Numbered from the stretch's first letter, positions 1 to 13,508 are shown. The stretch: DNA of 64,000 nucleotides from Octopus sinensis (GCF_006345805.1 NC_042997.1:123690001-123754000), one strand, 5' to 3'. A program made the numbers and translations. The notes: generated by a model from the sequence alone, not told the origin.

Positions 1-1604
1 GCACTTAATAGCATAAAACCTAGACCTGAAATGAACGTATGACATGATTATGTCGTTATACTAATATATTATGTAGATATATTAACAGACGATTGATGTA
101 ATTTGCTGTATTTTAAGTTGAATATTTAATTTAGAGCAAAGCTGACCCTAAATTGAAGAAAATTTCATTATGATAAAACACCAGAAAAAAATGAATTCCA
201 TTGGTTTGTATCACCAGAAAACAAAGAGCGTATATCCTTCGTACAATTCGATATCAAAAACTATCATACTTCGATATCAAATGCTCTCTTTAAGAAAGTG
301 ATGATGTTCGCTTCTAAACTTGTACAGTATATTAAAGAGGAAATTAATAATATAATTTTTGTTTGGGACTTGTGTGATCTTATCGAACGGAGAAACGCCA
401 GAGATGTCACTTTGTGATACATTGATGGGATCATTTGAATTGGCAGTCGATAGAGGAGTGTTCCACTCTTCATAAATCATTACCTGGCATTCCAAATTCA
501 TGTACTCGACAGCGGTTTATACTGAAATGAATCTCTATAAACAGTAAAAATCTTAACTACGCTACACTAGGAATCAAAATTCTTTTAAACCTGCAGAACA
601 ATACAATGTCTATATCTTTCATCTTGGTCAATAAATGAGAAAGTTTTTTTCGATGCCACCTTAAATTTGAAATGTGACTCACCTTTTCCTTGCCACACAT
701 CCAACGAAAATCTTATGTAGATACACAAAAATTCGAAAAATCCAAATGTTAACGTTATCTTGTTAGGAATATTTCTCCTCTAATATCCAAACAATGACTA
801 CTCACAGTTATTACAACTCATTCCTTTCTGTCATTATTTGATAAGATACGAATAATAAACTTCCTTTTCATAAATATAATGATCTCTTTATAATGATCTC
901 TTAAATTTTCACGTTGTTATTTAGCGCTACCTATCGACAGAGGTTGGGAAATAACAATGGATTAGTTTATCATTTCTTTCCGAAGATCTGGTGCGTCGAG
1001 GCAAATATGCAGTTCAGTAATTATATGGTGTTCTGTTACCGCACAGCAAACTCGTTTTCCCTAGTAAAACATGTGTAAAACGTATGTAATTCATAACGTT
1101 ATAATGAAAATGTAAACTCGGTCATCTGTTTTATTCTGTTCTCCAATATACACTTTATAAGTTACTCACCTTTATATAATATGAGATGGTAGTCAGATCA
1201 AAAATACATAAACTGTATGTAATACTAGAGTGTAAAGTGGATATACATGGATTTACGTGACGTTTTAACATCTCGTTAACCATTATGCTATATAATTTGA
1301 AACGGTATTTTAAGTACACACGCACTCACGCACGCACACATATGTATATATGTATATAGATGGGTAATTAGGTCACCATTTCATAATTTCAATTTCACGC
1401 ATGTGCATTGTTTTTTCTTATTTTGTCGTCTACACAATATAGTAGGAGCAGTTGGGCATCGTCTGTGAGAAAAACAGCACCATTAAGCAATTCGATCTGC
1501 CAGAAACTTGGAAACGGCACGCTGTACTGCTTGGTATTCGTACCTGAAGCTCCAATATGAACATTTTAGAGTGCTTTAGTTCCAATCTGAGGACAATTCA
1601 ATCT

Positions 1605-2226
1605 TAGGACATATGACGTGAGTGATAAAAATCAAACATCCCGTCAACGTCATGGTGTTTGGAGTGATCGCTAGTGGTAGCGACGTTATGCTTCACTTCA
1701 TCTTCCCACACGACCTCAGACTCAACACGAAGGGTATGGATAAGATAGTGCTGCCCTGGGTCAAGAGGGTTGCTACAGGAATACCCTATGGCTGTCAATA
1801 AGACTCTGCACCATGCCACACAAGCTGGAGAACTCAGACATGGCTGTCAGACAATTTCTGCGACCACATCATCCCTAACATCTTGCCTCCTAACTCCTCA
1901 GACTGCAACCCCTTGATTATTATGTGCGGGGCGCAATTGAGTGAGAGAACAACAAAACTCCTTGTCACACCAAACATGAACTGAAGGCAAAGATTATGGC
2001 GACATTCACTCACTTAAAGAAGAAGACTATCCAGAACAGTTGCAGGGGATTCCGAAGTCGTATGGAGGCCGTGGTTGAAGCCAATGGATATTCTACTGAA
2101 TAAGTTTAGTCTTTAGTATTTCAAGATATTTTTATGTAATTTTGGTAAATATATCTGTTAAAAGGAAATGTCAGTGTTTTTTTAATTTTTGCGTAATTTA
2201 GACAATAGTTTATTCACCGCACCCTA
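1605..2226 (+). mobile_element. Decayed 3' half of a Tc1/mariner-superfamily transposon, maT (DD37D) type, with right terminal inverted repeat
   Basis: Manual translation gives KHPVNVMVFGV..., Q*DSAPCHTSWRTQTWLSDNFCDHIIPNILPPNSSDCNP(L)DY (37 residues between the 2nd and 3rd D after repairing a 1-nt deletion), and ...RGFRSRMEAVVEANG. It ends in TTATTCACCGCACCCT followed by TA. Stops and frameshifts are present. Confidence 0.85.
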
Positions 2227-2854
2227 TATATATTGCGAACATAACGAGTAATCAACTATACAAACATCGCGTAAATTCAAATATGTACAAATTACATATA
2301 TAGGAGCCTATTATCTACATGTAGATATTAGGTTTATTTGTATAGTAAAAATGTTTATTTCACTGTAGTATGAAGGAACATAACACATCGTGAAAAATAT
2401 AGATAAATTCTGTGTATTTGACTTCGAGACACTTAAGGCATACATCTCTCACAGAAAATATTCCTATCTATTGCACCTATGACTGATCTTAAGCCCTGTC
2501 ATTCAAGGTTCTACGTTTTAGGATCATCTTAGGATATATCTGAAAACGATTAGAAATTTCTAAACACGATATCAGGTTTCTCACCACTTCCTCTCTTATT
2601 CTTTGCACCGAACATTTATTGTTCCCAACCAAAAAATATAAGACTGTCTAACCTATTATTCTCCAGTTCGCTTAAAAGTTTAATAGGGACAAAGAATTGA
2701 ATAAAGATGCATATATATGTTTTTCCCCCCTATGAAATGCAGCTGAATAAATAGGATTCAAATTGAAAAAAAATAACATATGGTAAGATATCCATGCGGC
2801 GGAAACTGATGTCATACAGAGATTTAAAGAGAATATATCGTATAAATCACTGTA

Positions 2855-3055
2855 ATATTAGTTTCAAATTTCAGCAAGATCGGGAAGGGAATAAGTCGAT
2901 CACATCGACCCCAGTATTTAATTGATAATTATTTCATCGAACCGGGATTGATAAGGCCAATCTCCGTGGATTTTGAACTCAGAACGAAAAGACGAAGGAA
3001 ATGCTGCTAAGCATTTTTTTTCGGCGTCCTAAAAATTCTGCCAGGTTACCACATG
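2855..3055 (-). mobile_element. tRNA-derived SINE, family B (degenerate)
   Basis: Reverse complement matches the head and body of the copies at 5007 and 6237 (B-box-like GTTCTGAGTTCAAA, GGGGTCGAT core). Confidence 0.7.
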
Positions 3056-3291
3056 ATAAATGACTCTAATATTATAAACTGTACATGTATAACTCTCTTT
3101 ATAGTCTTGCATATACACTCAGTAAACTGTTTATAACACAACGAAGCGAAATGTGGATTTAACCACCGCGTGAAATACACATTGGAAGCGTCGATCTTAA
3201 ATATTCTCAGGTCATTCCAGATCATTCGATGCAGTGAGCCAGGACTTGAATTATACTAGAGTACTTGGACGGTTGATTTACTATCCCAATG

Positions 3292-3292
<1 letters not shown>

Positions 3293-3341
<49 letters not shown>

Positions 3342-3345
3342 ATAT
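3293..3345. repeat. (TA)n microsatellite
   Basis: Direct inspection. Confidence 0.95.
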
Positions 3346-3707
3346 CAGGAGTCGTTGTGTGGTAAGTAGCTTGCTTACCAACTAAATAGTTTCGGGTTCA
3401 GTACCTACTATAGCCTCGGGGCGACCAAAGCCTTGTGAGTGGATTTGGTAGACAGAAACTGAAAGAAGCTGGTCGTAGATGTGTGTGTATGTGTGTGTTT
3501 GCGTGTCTCTGTCCCTACACCATCGATTGACATCCAACGGATATTGGTGTGGTTACGTCTCCGCGACTTAGTGGTTCGGTAAAGGAGAGGAACGGAATAA
3601 GTACTAGGCTTACAAAGAATAAGTCCTGGTGTCGATTTGTTCGACTAAAGGTGGTGCTGCAGCATGGCTGCTGTCAAACGACTGAAACAAATATAAGAAT
3701 AAAAGAA
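3346..3707 (+). mobile_element. tRNA-derived SINE, family A (internal GT microsatellite, TAAAAGA tail)
   Basis: Head GGAGTCGTTGTGTGGTAAG...GGGTTCAGT and tail GCATGGCTGCTGTCAAACGACTGAAACAA; colinear with the copies at 30527 and 39616. Confidence 0.85.
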
Positions 3708-4052
3708 TATATATACTCCAAGAAAGATGGAGGTTGTGAATCCAACCCACTAAGGGATAATACCTATCCAATATCTTCAATCCATTTGAGTAATAAAGGT
3801 GGAATGAGGTATTTTTATTTATTGGCTGAAACAGCGGTAAGTTATTTTACCAATTTATATTCATGTTTTTATAATAATTACTGGTATCCTTATATATTAC
3901 TATATTTAATATATTATATCATATATGTTAAGAATAATGTTATATGTATGTATATTGTTGTAATTATCAGTTTAGTAAATAAATAAATAAGTTACATAGT
4001 ATAATGTCTAAAGTTGATGAACCATCTGTTGTTCTCCTCCATTTTCTTATTG

Positions 4053-4110
<58 letters not shown>

Positions 4111-5006
4111 GTAATACCTTACACGGATATGGATATTTTGTAGAAAACTTGAAAGCACTGATCGTGTGTAATTAGAAAAACCCGGAACCACGTGATGTTC
4201 GACGAACGTCTTGACCATAAATTCACACATATGGCAGTTCGCCTTTTTATTATAACAGAGAATAAGCACCGCAACAACTGCAAGATCGATACCAGTATTT
4301 TATTGTTAGAACTTGCTATTTATTCTTAAGTATGTTTACATAGGAAATTCGCAGCTATTACGTGCATATTTCGAAATACTGATTGGTTTTAATGATACAT
4401 TTTATGTTTTGGTGTGAGTATTACTGTATTTCAAAATACCATCTTTATTCTAGCGAGTTGCTCACTACATTCAACTCACTGACAAAGAAACAACGAATGT
4501 TTGCGTTATTTATATAACATACATAGCTACTAAATTGAGAAATGAGGTGAAATAATAATAAATCATATATTTTCCCAGAAGAAAATTGTTTTAGAAAAAA
4601 ACTCATTTGTAATTTTTTTTTAAATTTCATTGTTCAATGTTTTTATGAATTATTGCTATTTGTGAGGATATCGTTCACTCGTTTATTAGTTAGATTTCTA
4701 CTAATGGTGCAACATCATTGAAGTTCTGTGAGGAAAATGTTGATTCCAGTAGTTGACTGGTATTTGGTCAATCGGTAACAAAAACATTTTGAAAGCTTGT
4801 GTCAGCCTTACCATGGTATGGAATGCGTAGTAGCATTTCGTCCGTCTTTACGTTCTAGTTTCAAATGCTCTTGGCTCCAACTCAGCATGTCATCCATTCA
4901 GAGCTGTCTTGGATCTAAAAACGGGAACAATGCTGCAAATATGAGTAAAAGTTTGACCTGTGTAACTGATGTGTAGGATGGTTCATTTGAATATTAGTAT
5001 AGACTC

Positions 5007-5410
5007 AGGCGGCGAGCTGGCAGAATCGTTAGCACGCCGGACGAAATGCTTTGTGGTATTTCGTCCGCCGCTGCGTTCTGAGTTCAAAGTCCGTCGAGGT
5101 CGACTTTGCCTTTCACCATTTCGAGGTCGATAAATTAAGCACCAGTTACACACTGGGGTCGATGTAATCGACTTTTTCCGTTTGTCTGTCGTTGTTTGTC
5201 CTCTCTGTGTTTAGCCCCTTTGTGGGTAATAAAGAAACAGGTATTTCGCCCGTCACTACGTTCTGAGTTCAAATTACGCCAGTGTTAACTTTGCCTCTCA
5301 TCATTTCTGGGCCGATAAAATAAGTTTTATTTAAACACTGATGGCAATCTAATCGACTTAAAACCTGCCATGAAATTGTTGGCTCAGTGCCAAAATTTGA
5401 AACTTTACTT
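5007..5410 (+). mobile_element. tRNA-derived SINE, family B, dimeric form
   Basis: Head AGGCGGCGAGCTGGCAGAATCGTTAGC with B-box-like GTTCTGAGTTCAAA; a second GTTCTGAGTTCAAA unit occurs at about 5260. Confidence 0.85.
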
Positions 5411-5704
5411 GTATCGTATTGATTTCACATTTTGTTAAGATGTGATGTCAATGTTTTTTTTTCATTTTCGCGTCATTTAGACAATAATTTATTCACCGCA
5501 CCCTGTATATATTGCGAACATAACGAGTAATCAACTATACAAACTTCACGTAAATTCAAATATATACAAATTACATATATAGGAGCCTGTTATCTACATG
5601 TAGGTATAAGGTTGGTTTGTATAGTGAAACATTCTTATTTCACTGTAGGTTGAAAAAACATAACACATTGCGCTAAGGATTCCGCGAGCTTGCCGCCTTA
5701 TTTA

Positions 5705-5976
5705 TTTTATTTTATTTTATTTATGACCCCTTTTCAAGCCTAGTCAGGCGCATGGGCCCGGTTTCTGTGGCGTATGAGTTCCCCACCAGCTGGACGGGAC
5801 GCTAGTCCATCGCAGCGTTACTCAAGAAATAGGAAGAAAGATTGAGAGAAAGTTGGGGCGAAAGAGTGTTACAGCCTTAGGTGTTTTTACTCAATAAACA
5901 CAGGCAAGGCCCGGTCTGGGGATCGAAACCGCGATCCTCCGAGCTGCCCTAACCACTGGGCCATTGCGCCTCCACA
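5705..5976 (-). mobile_element. tRNA-derived SINE, family C, with 12-bp target-site duplication
   Basis: Homologous to 17246-17498 and 57205-57442; (TTTTA)n tail; CCGCCTTATTTA flanks it at 5693-5704 and 5977-5988. Confidence 0.85.
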
Positions 5977-6003
5977 CCGCCTTATTTACTGGTACAATTA
6001 TAT

Positions 6004-6230
6004 AAGGCGCCAAGCTGGCAGAATCCTTAGCGCAACGGGAAAATGCATAGCGGCGTTTCTTCCGACTGAAAATTCTGATCTGAAATGCGACCGAGATCGA
6101 CTCTGTCTTTCGTCTTCTTGTGATCGATAAAATAAAGATTAGTGGAACATTGCAGTCGGTGCAGGCGTCATAGCACCTCCCTCAAAATTCTTGGCCTTCT
6201 GCCAAAATGTGAAATCAATATGATACGTGT
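6004..6230 (+). mobile_element. SINE family B (diverged)
   Basis: Head AAGGCGCCAAGCTGGCAGAATCCTTAGC and body similar to the 5007 copy. Confidence 0.75.
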
Positions 6231-6236
6231 AAATAG

Positions 6237-6443
6237 TGGTTTCAAATTTTGGCACACGGCCAGCAATATTGGGGAACGGATAAATCGATTCATCGATCTC
6301 AGTGCACGTACTTTTTTATCGACCAAGTAAGAATGAAAGGCAACGAGGACAACGGCGGAATTTGAACTCAGAACGTAATGACAGACGAAATGCCGCTAAG
6401 CATTTTACCAGCTGTGCTAACGATTCCGCCATCTCGCCGCCTT
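6237..6443 (-). mobile_element. SINE family B
   Basis: Reverse complement begins AAGGCGGCGAGATGGCGGAATCGTTAGC and contains GTTCTGAGTTCAAA. Confidence 0.8.
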
Positions 6444-7585
6444 TGTATGTGGAAATATTGAATCATAATACATGTTTCCCATTGATGAATATGCTCGAAA
6501 AATTTACATTTATTTGGGAATAAAAGAAACGAAAACTCCTTTTATCAATTGTTTGCTAATAAACTAACTTTCAGAAATGTTCAGCATCACAATAACTCTG
6601 AAGAATTGTCAACTTTATATTGATAGAAAAACACAAAAGACATATTTATGTCTATTATTTAGCAGCTCCCACGCCATTGCATCTATCTCAAACACTCAAA
6701 AGAATAGATAAAATATCTAAAACATTAAATGAAATATGCTTTAAAGTATCTGCATTGAATATTAAAGAAAATTGGCTTTGGTGTATTTATTAAAAATCTT
6801 TCACGCTGTTGTAGCCTAAGAAACTTATGTGTTTATTACTGCGGACGGAAATTATAAGCGCTGGTTATTTCTCCTCTGTTAGGGGTAAAAGATGGAAGAG
6901 TGAACAGATAAAGTCTAAAATTAGGAAAAAAGAGAAAGACAGAAAGAATAACAGAGAAGCTGTGAACAATAGAGCGGAATGGAGAATGCTATTATTCTAT
7001 ATCAATTCAGATATTGGCTGAAAGGCATTTAATTTCAATTTTGATTAAAATTCGCTAGCTATATCATATTTGAAAGTAAAATTTATAAAAATTTATACCT
7101 AGTAAAAGAATTCGGTTTTTCATTCTGCAAATGAAAAAGTAGGGAAAACGCTAAGAGTAATAAAAACGTCATTTCATTAAAATTTCGTTATATTAAAAAT
7201 ATCATCTATGGCTTTATGGAGGTAAACAATATAAAAGTCGATCATTGAATTTTAATCTCAGAATAAACAGGGTCTACACACACAGATGTATAATAATATT
7301 GTATATGTAGCGCTGTGTCAAAGAGCGTATTTTATATTTATGGCGAATCAGAGAAAGGGAGTCCTCGTATATATAGAGATATGTAAATTACAAAATTTTA
7401 AAAAATGATGGCTTGTTTTCATTTTGTACAGCCGAAAGCTATGCATGGTGCCTTAATAAAATTAGAAGTGTAGATTTTAATGCTTGGATCGAATATACTT
7501 TATAGTAATGCATAGAAAATGGGAGGTCAGTCCTTCAAAGACATTAATACAAATTCAGCACACCAAACAACGATGGATCATTAAC

Positions 7586-7811
7586 TATTGGGTTATCCGG
7601 AAAGTTCGTGCCAATTTTTAAAGGAAAGAAAGAGGCCAATAAATTCTTGATATATTTTTAATCAACCAAATATGAACCATTTTGCTGCACAATGCGTCTC
7701 CATCTTTTCTTTAGCTTGAAAATACCCTCTTCCCAGAATTGAGGTGCCTGGGAACGTAAGTCGAAAGGTAAGCTACTATAAATCGGCACAAAATTTTCGG
7801 ACAAAGCAATA
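7586..7811 (-). mobile_element. 226-bp internally deleted mariner (both TIRs plus the transposase C-terminus)
   Basis: Imperfect ~32-bp TIRs TATTGGGTTATCCGGAAAGTTCGTGCCAATTT and AAATCGGCACAAAATTTTCGGACAAAGCAATA. The minus strand reads PQFWEEGIFKLKKRWRRIVQQNGSYLVD*, a typical mariner C-terminal motif. Confidence 0.85.
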
Positions 7812-9412
7812 CTTTTGTCTGTGTTACTGCTGTACGCATCAGTGATGTATTTGTTATGTAAAGAAAAGTTCAGCGCTGGGGACTAGAAACACTCTAGGGG
7901 TTTTTCCATTTGGTTTTCAAATTCACTATGAGCTTCGCTAATATTTGCTTGCAGGCATTTAATTGATATGTTTCCTGTTTACAAAATTGAAGAATATCAT
8001 GACTCACGGTCTACAACATTATGCCTCAACATTAAATCCCATGCAAGTGTTGAATGAGTTGCTTAATTATGACGTGTTCGTGTTAAGAATGCCTCAAAGT
8101 ATCAAGGTACCAGGCAAATATTCACTTAGCAAAGCCATAAAACAAAGAACACATTAACATGCTCGATCTTCATGTATCTCTACTGTGGAGCTAAACGAGA
8201 ATTCATTCTCTTCGAAATAATATAATATAATGTAAACTTCCCTCATGATCAATTTGCTGCTTTCCTCATTGTCACTTATAAAGCCAAGCAATATACAGGT
8301 CACCCAATAACATCTCCTTGCCATTCAAATGAATCGTGTTTACTCCTTGCTTACGTGTTGCTCAAAGCCAGCAAACACAGTGAATACACACACGATAGAC
8401 TTTAATAGACAACAGGAATTTAGAAAAGATCTGAACAATACACTGAATAAGAGCAGAACACTAAGTAATCAACAAAAGTAAATCCACTTAATTCCTCGAA
8501 TAAGTAGCTACCACATCACATTTGCATCACATCGTAATGCACTGGAACTGGAAATACGCATTCAGAATAATGTGAGCCCGAAATATGACGCTTCAAAAGT
8601 GGGGGAAAAAAGAACTTCTGAGATGATCATGTCAAAAACATGTTTTTCATAATGTATGCTCGAACACCCTACCCTGCATCGAAACAACTCTATTGAAAAA
8701 AGAAAGAAGCTCTATCATATACACTGTAGATCTATCGGTTCAGTATGGTTTTACTGATCACATTTCAAATTCTAGCATATGCTATGCTTGCTTGAGTGTA
8801 GATACGTATAACCTGTTGCTCCTATTCCTCTGCTAATCGTACTATCTAAGTACCTGTATTTGTTTATGTCTTTATTTATATAACTACTCAGACATAGCTA
8901 AACGATATGAAGCGATCGGGTACGCTGCATCATTAAAATATAAGAACACGCATATACACATATACGTGAAAATATATGAATGCATTTCTGCAGGAGCAAC
9001 ACCAAGGCCAATTTAGCTTTCAATTCAGCTTTTATAATATAAAAATATCTATTTTGAACTAATACTGATTCTGTTTCACAAAACGTATTTTTATTATAGT
9101 GCAATATTTTTGCGACAACAATGATTTTTTTCATTAATTTACTTTAGCAATGATGATTGAGTTTGTCATAGTTTGTTGTTACACGTGGGTACTTGCTACT
9201 GATGACACACAATGAAGTAGAAACCTCCATTTCGCAATACTACCGCTGCTGCTGATTTTTTTTTTTTGCTGTTTGTATATTTTTGTCTTATTTAATACTA
9301 TACGTTCATAGAAGTATTATTTCAGAATGAATGCAGTACTAAATTTGGATTTTTGCGATGTATCTGCATTAAGCATGATACACAGATTTCTATCTACCTA
9401 TATCTGTCTACA

Positions 9413-9454
<42 letters not shown>

Positions 9455-10967
9455 TTCTAACTTTCTGTTGTTTAATCAGATGAAACTGAAATTAAATATC
9501 GCTATAACGAGAAGTTTCTCGTACTGTAAAAAGTGCACGTTTAGGTTGGAAAGTTATTAGAAATATAATGCAATTAGTAACAGCATTAACAAAGCCTTGG
9601 AAAATGAACGTCATTTAATTTACGTACATTTTAAAAGTGTATTTTAATTTCAGTATTTACTGTTATACTTTCAGTAAATTAATTCTTATTGTAGCTTTTT
9701 GATAATTTGCCATAAGAGTTGTAATGTGTTGAAAGTTATAAAAATTGCCTATAAGCAAAAGAGGAAGATATACTTTTAGTCGTAACCTACTTACGATTTT
9801 GAATAGTGAATGACACCTTTCTCAGCGCAGTTGCGTGTAATATATAATTTCAATCCCTGGCAGAAATTTTGTAAATTAGCGAGTTTTCCTTAGAACACAA
9901 CCGTCCGTAGTGTTAGAATGGTTGAACATTAAAGACAGATATGTTTTGCCCGTTGAAGTTTGTATAAATAAATGCAGAAATATTCGATGAGGCCGCTGCG
10001 GAAAGCTATTAAATGGATGAACCGATGCGTTCACTGTTTTTCAATAAACAACAAGTAGATGATCTCACCACCGTCGACATTTTGAACATGGCTCGAGAGA
10101 GATGTATGCGATAAATCTTCAAAAATCACTCTGAGCTTCAGGGAATATTATGGGCTAAATTCAACGTTTCTGAAAAAATGTAACACATCTAAACCTATTT
10201 TCTGGCATCCGTTTTTCTCAGCATCAAAACTGGTACCTCATCAGATTGCTTAGAATTCTTCTGATCTGCTGGGATTAAATTGATCGTTTTCCATCAGAGC
10301 CGAACGTAGCCATATATATCAAAGGCTTAAAGACTTGCACATAGAATGAAGGAATCCTACAAATTCGATTAGTTGTAGCAATGTTATGTTTTGCGAGTTT
10401 CATGACAGTGATCATTAAGATAAGTATAGCCTATCCGAAAATATTCCAGAAGAGTTTATTCCCAAACGCCGAATATATTTCAAGCGTATATATCCGATAA
10501 ATAAATTATGGAAAACGCATGATATTAACGTTTAACAACAGCATTCTACGTAATGGCGTCAATTGCTTTTTTAAATAGTAAATAATATTAAAGAAATTGA
10601 AAGAAATCTTATTGTCGAACTTATAAAGTAGACGTTTCAGTGATCGTGGACATGATCATATTCTGAGTAATTTCTGTACAATTGTACAGGCTGCACTAAC
10701 AGAGTGATCAACAGTATATACACTGAATAAGGTACGCAATTGTCTCTTTTACTGCCAATTTCGTACACATACACACACACAAACAAACATATATCGACAA
10801 GTACAGGTACATATATAAATTGATTTATAGATAGATAGAGAGGGAGAAAGAGAGAGCGCGGGGGAGAGAGACAGAGAGAAATGTTATATTCACCAAAATA
10901 TTATTCATTGTGTTCATCATGTTATATTGATGTCTATACCGTGAAATGATGCAAATGTTTTTTTGTA

Positions 10968-11521
10968 TTTTTTCAAGTTGATTGTCAAGCCAAAATCATC
11001 ACAAGCCTAGTCAAATGCAGATACAAGAGATTGCAGACTTGTTTCCGAATGATTGACAAGATCGCAATCGTCAGCATACGAAAGATCCCTAATGAGTGAA
11101 GTAATAAACTTTTTGAATTTCAGGCTGGTCAGATTAAAAGCATTTCCTGTTCTTCCTTATTTTCTGTAAATACCCTCCTCAGAGTTTTGAAAAGCGTGTG
11201 ACAACGCAACAGCAAAATATATTTCAAAGGGGGTGGGTGCATCAAGATCAACTTGATTGACGCCATTTTCTACCGCAAAAGATTCAGAGAGCCTACAGTT
11301 AAGATTAACTCTAGCTTTGAAATCTTGATGCAAAGCCCTGATATTTTCTTTAGAATTAGCCACAGAGCATTTCCCTTAACAGTATCGAAAGCTTTACTCA
11401 AATCAACAAAGCAATGATACAGGTTAAGATTCTGTTGAATGCAATTTTCTTGAAATATTTTGATAGTAAAGATACGATAAACTGTGCCCCTGGAGGAGCG
11501 AAAACCACACTGCTCTTCGCT
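10968..11521 (-). mobile_element. RTE-clade LINE reverse transcriptase fragment (pseudogenised)
   Basis: Manual translation: EEQCGFRSSRG...CFVDLSKAFDTV...GVNQVDLDAPTPF...RDLSYADDCDLV...FGLTINLKK. YADD lies at 11066-11077. Confidence 0.9.
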
Positions 11522-11637
11522 TAAACATTCGGAACACCGAGTACTATAATGACAACTTACTGTTTGTTCGAAATTATAACATATATAAATATTCCTGTTT
11601 GTCTAATAACTAGATCTCATTCTTTTGTTGTCCCTTT

Positions 11638-11649
11638 ATATTATTATTA

Positions 11650-11705
<56 letters not shown>
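11638..11705. repeat. (TAA)n/(TAT)n microsatellite at the 3' junction of the R4/Dong element
   Basis: Direct inspection. Confidence 0.95.
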
Positions 11706-11706
<1 letters not shown>

Positions 11707-13460
11707 TATGTTTGACTTTTGCTTTATATTTGTACAAGTTGGCTCCAAGTCTCACCCAGTGACCTCAAGAAACAACAGGTTGGAAGTTCATGTTGTTGTT
11801 ATGCCTAGTGTGCCATATATTGGGGGGGGGTTGTACTAATGAATGTCTAAAAAGAATAAATAAATAAATAAATAAAAAAATTTTAATAAAAAAAAATAAA
11901 AATTTTTTTTTTTTTTCCTTTCCCTTAAAAACCGAAAATTATGTTTGTTTAAACCTTGAGATTACATAGAAATTATTTTGCGTAGGATATGAGCAGTTCC
12001 AATGAGCACTATCTTTTGAATTTCTGCCATTTTTGGGTTTCCTGGTATCTGAGTTAGGTAGCTATAAGCCCATTTTGCTATCATTCCCAGGGCACCTATG
12101 AGAACAGGTATTGTTTTAGTCTTCAGGTTCCACATTTTGCTGAGTTCTATTTCAAGATCTTTATATTTGCTCAGTTTTTGGTAGGTCTTGACAGATACGT
12201 TTATATCGATAGAGACAGTCATATCAATGAGGAGGCATCTTCTTTGTTTGAAGTCTTTCAATATGATGTCTGACCTATTTGCATCTATCTTTCTGTCAGT
12301 TTGGATGGCGAAGTTCCAGAGGAGTGAGATGTGGTCATTTTCAAGCATTGGAGGTGGTTTGTGTTCCTACCAGTTTTTTTTCATGGGGCAAATCCAGGTT
12401 TTTGCAGATTACCCAGTGAATATATTGTGCAGCTCTATCGTGTCTGTTGAGATACTCTGTAGGCGCTAGAAGACTGCACTTGGAGACCACATGGTCAATG
12501 GTTTCATTTTGTTGCTGGCATACACGACACGTTGGACTGCTTCTGATCTTTAATATGTTGGCCTGGTAGTTTCTTGTTGGTAGGCATTGATCTTGAGCTG
12601 CTATGATAAACCCCTCTGTTTCAGATTTTAAGCCAGAGGCCATTAGCCATTGATGGGTCAGGGCTTTGTCAACATCTACATTATTTGCTCTCTTTGGGTA
12701 TTTGCCATAGAGAGGTTTTTCTTGCCATTTATCATTCAGAATATCTAAGGCTACAGATTTAGCACGGGTTTTCATGCGCTTAGCTTTTTCTGTGCCTGTT
12801 TCTTGTATGTCTATCTCTAATTCCGAAATTTGTTGTATTCGGAATTCACTTAGATATTCCTTTGCCTGTTTTGTTACTGCGTATGATGCTTTCTTGTTTT
12901 CATGTTTTGAGACAAGTTTTAACATCCAGTCCTCAGAGTTTTTCAGGTAGGTGTCTAGGCTAATTGTAGCAATCTTCATTGTTATTGTCAGTTGTAAAAG
13001 TCCACGGCCTCCTTCTTTTCTTGGCAGATAAAGTCGTTCTGTATCTGCCTTAGGGTGGTGCATTGTATGCATTGTCAACAGTTTTCGTATTTTCCTGTCA
13101 AGATTACATATTTCAGTAATTGACCAGTTAACGATATTGAAACTGTAAGTCACAACTGGTATGGCCAATGCATTGATCGCTTCGATCCTGTTTCTCGCAT
13201 TCAGCTCTGTCTTGAGTATTGCTCTTACTCTGCAATAACATTCTCTCCTGATCCTTTCCTTCATCTCTGAATGCTTTATTCCTTCTCCTTCAATTACCCC
13301 TAGATACTTGTAGTTCTCTGCTGGGTATAATTCTTTTATGACATTCTGCTGGTCAAGGTTAACGTTAGATGTTTCTGTCATTTTTCCTTTGATAAAGGTA
13401 GCTTTTGCACACTTATCGAGGCCAAATTGCATTCTGATGTCATCACTGAATTGTTTGACA
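11706..13460 (-). mobile_element. 5'-truncated R4/Dong-clade non-LTR retrotransposon (RT thumb, CCHC knuckle, restriction-like endonuclease, 3' UTR)
   Basis: ORF 12341-13432 has FGLDKC, LYLPRKEGGRGL and CRVC...ETIDHVVSKC...RHD. ORF 11962-12348 has the RLE motif (DANRSDIILKD...IDMTV...KLSKYKDL). A frameshift at an A8 run and a TAG stop fall near 12370. Both junctions are in TAA repeats. Confidence 0.9.
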
Positions 13461-13491
<31 letters not shown>

Positions 13492-13508
13492 TATTATTAT
13501 TATTATTA

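Noticed and set aside
264-530. Minus-strand ORFs of 69-74 aa and a possible 38-nt micro-exon (ttcag...CCAG|gtaatg)
   Set aside because: No recognisable motif and no partner exons; splice-like signals are expected by chance.
5007-5100. tRNA genes at SINE heads
   Set aside because: A/B-box-like motifs only; no complete cloverleaf, and each runs into a SINE body.
11845-11935. Irregular A/T runs inside the R4/Dong 3' UTR
   Set aside because: Looks like a degraded (TAAA)n run or low-quality consensus; no structure to support a claim.
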